Assembly: GCA_038087875.1 (NCBI GenBank)
Contig: CM075977.1
Coordinates: 360,158,001 to 360,222,000, forward strand
Direction: 5' to 3'
Source: Malacoraja senta
Lineage: Eukaryota
DNA length: 64,000 nt
The notes beneath the pieces were generated by a model. That model ran no database searches. It was not told the origin of the DNA and saw only the letters and a list, made by a program, of their open reading frames with translations. How positions within the stretch are numbered: position 1 is the first letter of the stretch; each line of letters begins with the position of its first letter. The position numbers and the translations under genes are program-made. Shown piece by piece: positions 61,596 through 64,000 of this stretch.

Positions 61596-62601
61596 TTGAG
61601 CTTAATATTCCAAGGTACTAAATATTTCAGAAGGATTGACAAAAAAGCTAATGTAAGTGCAGTAGATAAATGGGAACAGAATCTAGGGTATTTTTTCAAA
61701 ACTAGTGAAGACTGATAAAAATATGAGAAAATAGATCATGAATAAGCTAACAAGAAAAATAAAAACCTAAAAACGTTGACAAGTATATAAAAGGGAAATG
61801 CAAGGCTACAGTAAAACAAGGTCCTTTAGGAAATTGATAGGCAGTGGCAGGAGCTTTGAACAAATACTTGGAATCATTTTTCACGTCACAGGAAGCTAAT
61901 AATAATGTGGAAAATCTGTGGGCAAGAGAGAGAGTTAAAACAATCTTTGTCATGAGGGGAAAAAGCTATAGGAAAATTAATAAACCTCTGGACAGAGAAA
62001 GGCCTTGGTGATCTGCATCTTAGGGTCATAAGAAGTAGCTGCAGAGATTGTGACTGCATTATGATCATCCAAAATTCTATAGATTTTGGAAAAGTTCCAG
62101 TGGATTGCAAAACTGAAAACGTAATGCACTCATTCAAGAAAACTCATTAAACAGCAGGACCAGTTTGCTTAAAATCTTCCTTTGCTGGGATTCAACAATT
62201 AAATAGAGACAGCAGGACATTTAGAAAATCCTATATTGATTGAGCAGAGGGTGCATTTATGAATGAAAAAATCGTGTTTAACGAATATATTCTTCATAGA
62301 TGTTATTTGAAAAATGAATGAAAGGGAACCAGTAAATGTAATATATTTGTATTTCCTAAAGGTTTCAAAAAAAATGCCACGTAAAAGGATATCGCTCAAT
62401 ATGAGGGATGAGAGTATTTTATTGTCAAATTTATAGGCAACAAAATAATGAAATTCTTACTGCAGCTTTACAGGCCCATTAACACAATTGCCTGCAATAA
62501 GTATATAACAATCAATAATACAATAAATTGCTAAACAGTAATACGAGGTAACCAGCTCAGAGTGGTGTAAAACCAAAGACTCAAATGCAATCAACCAATA
62601 G

Positions 62602-63701
62602 TAGTAGGCCCACCTCGGTCATGACTGACCATGGGTGCTGCATCCTAGTTTGCAGGTGATGTGTGGTCGGATGCAAGCCTGGGCGATGTCATATAGAAAC
62701 ATAGAAACATAGAAAATAGGTGCAGGAGTAGGCCATTCGGCCCTTCGAGCCTGCACCGCCATTCAATATGATCATGGCTGATCATCCAACTCAGTATCCC
62801 GTACCTGCCTTCTCTCCATACCCCCTGATCCCTTTAGCCACAAGGGCCACATCTAACTCCCTCTTAAATATAGCCAATGAACTGGCCTCAACTACCCTCT
62901 GTGGCAGAGAGTTCCAGAGATTCACCACTCTCTGTGTGAAAAAGTTTTTCCTCATCTCGGTCTTAAAGGATTTCCCCCTTATCCTTAAGCTGTGACCCCT
63001 TGTCCTGGACTTCCCCAACATCGGGAACAATCTTCCTGCATCTAGCCTGTCCAACCCAATAAGAATTTTGTACGTTTCTATAAGATCCCCTCTCAATCTC
63101 CTAAATTCTAGCGAGTATAAGCCAAGTCTATCCAGTCTTCATATGAAAGTCCTGACATCCCAGGAATCAGTCTGGTGAACCTTCTCTGCACTCCCTCTAT
63201 GGCTATAATGTCCTTCCTCAGATTTGGAGACCAAAACTGTACGCAATACTCCAGGTGTGGTCTCACCAAGACCCTGTACAACTGCAGTAGAACCTCCCTG
63301 CTCCTATACTCAAATCCTCTTGCTATGAAGGCCAACATACCATATGGAGGACAGGCTGTTGCCTATGCAGTACGTCCCCCCTCTCCACGTCGCTGATCGA
63401 TCCAAAGGAACAGCAGGGCCGTTACAGTTTGGCACCAGCGCCGTCGCAGGAGCTGCCAGAGCGAGGTTGTAGACAACAACGAACTGCCTTAGGGGCTCCG
63501 ACTCCGGATTTTCTTGAGGTTTACTCCTGGAGCCTTTTCCATGACTGGATATGGCCACAAGGCAGTGGAGGTTTTAAATCAGATTTTTCCCTCTCCTAGA
63601 TGGACTGCCTTCCCAGGCTGACGAGTCCCATCTGCCCGAGACTCATAGGGGAGGGAGCGTCTACCTTCCCGTGCAGGTCTATAGCATCTGCCCACTGCCC
63701 T
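62602..63701 (-). mobile_element. Non-autonomous RTE-derived short element (~450 bp once the nested CR1 is removed)
   Basis: 14-bp TSD CAATCAACCAATAG at 62588-62601 and 63702-63715; RTE 5'-UTR-like motif GTCAGCCTGGGAAGGCAGTCCATCTAGGAGAGGGAAAA; (CTA)n tail. Confidence 0.7.
62695..63340 (-). mobile_element. Young CR1 LINE, 5'-truncated
   Basis: RT C-terminal motifs; TSD/microhomology CATAT at 62690-62694 and 63341-63345. Confidence 0.95.
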
Positions 63702-63719
63702 CAATCAACCAATAGATAT

Positions 63720-63970
63720 TGCAGGTTATATCATATTTGCTGAGGTGGGGTTTTGGTTAGGGTTGTGCTGTGTGGTTTAAGAATTTGGTTACTAAGAAGT
63801 TGTTCTTGGACCCTGTTTTCAGACTCCTGTTCCTTTCTCCCGGTGGCAGCAGTAAAATGAGAGTACAGACAGAGTAGTGTGAGTTGTTGATGATACAGGC
63901 TGCCTTTTTGAGGCAGTGCCTCCTGTAGATCCTTCGGGGGGGGGGGGGGGGGGTCCACATCATGGTTGAC
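63720..63970 (-). mobile_element. Rex1/Babar-like LINE 3' remnant
   Basis: IYRRHCLKKAA.II...LLPPG.R.RSLK...KNNF motif. Confidence 0.6.
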
Positions 63971-64000
63971 TACAATTTAGTTTTAGAGATACCGCGCGGA

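Noticed and set aside
63540-63701. HDV-like ribozyme at the 5' end of the RTE-derived element
   Set aside because: I could not fit the P3/L3/P1.1 nested pseudoknot; only a closing stem is supported.

Overview
Eukaryotic genomic DNA, not prokaryotic. The repeat landscape (dense CR1 LINEs, HE1/V-SINE, Penelope-type elements, Rex1/Babar remnants) points to a cartilaginous fish, probably a skate or ray; this is inference. The window lies inside a + strand UBAP2 gene. Fourteen internal coding exons (19054-59960) can be spliced by eye with consistent phases. The one exception is the exon at 25935-25991, which is 1 nt short in a G run (frameshift or assembly error). The first and last exons lie outside the window. 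One intron carries a clear box C/D snoRNA (SNORD121 family, 38486-38570). The introns hold deeply nested mobile DNA: two Mag-like Gypsy LTR elements, many CR1s, and a Penelope element with a minimal hammerhead ribozyme plus short derivatives of it. They also hold a Tc1 remnant and non-autonomous DNA transposons with 3-, 4-, 5-, 6- and 7-bp target-site duplications (TSDs). Most novel-looking signals: (1) a transposon-embedded fragment encoding a Spindlin-like (Spin/Ssty Tudor) domain with apparently intact aromatic-cage residues; (2) a 5-bp-TSD hAT-like element carrying a G-rich minisatellite and a ~95-bp-arm GC-rich hairpin; (3) hammerhead-bearing short Penelope derivatives. There is a 200-N gap at 4743-4942. 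Most ORFs in the supplied track are TE fragments or noise. All family assignments are by-eye recognition, not database hits.
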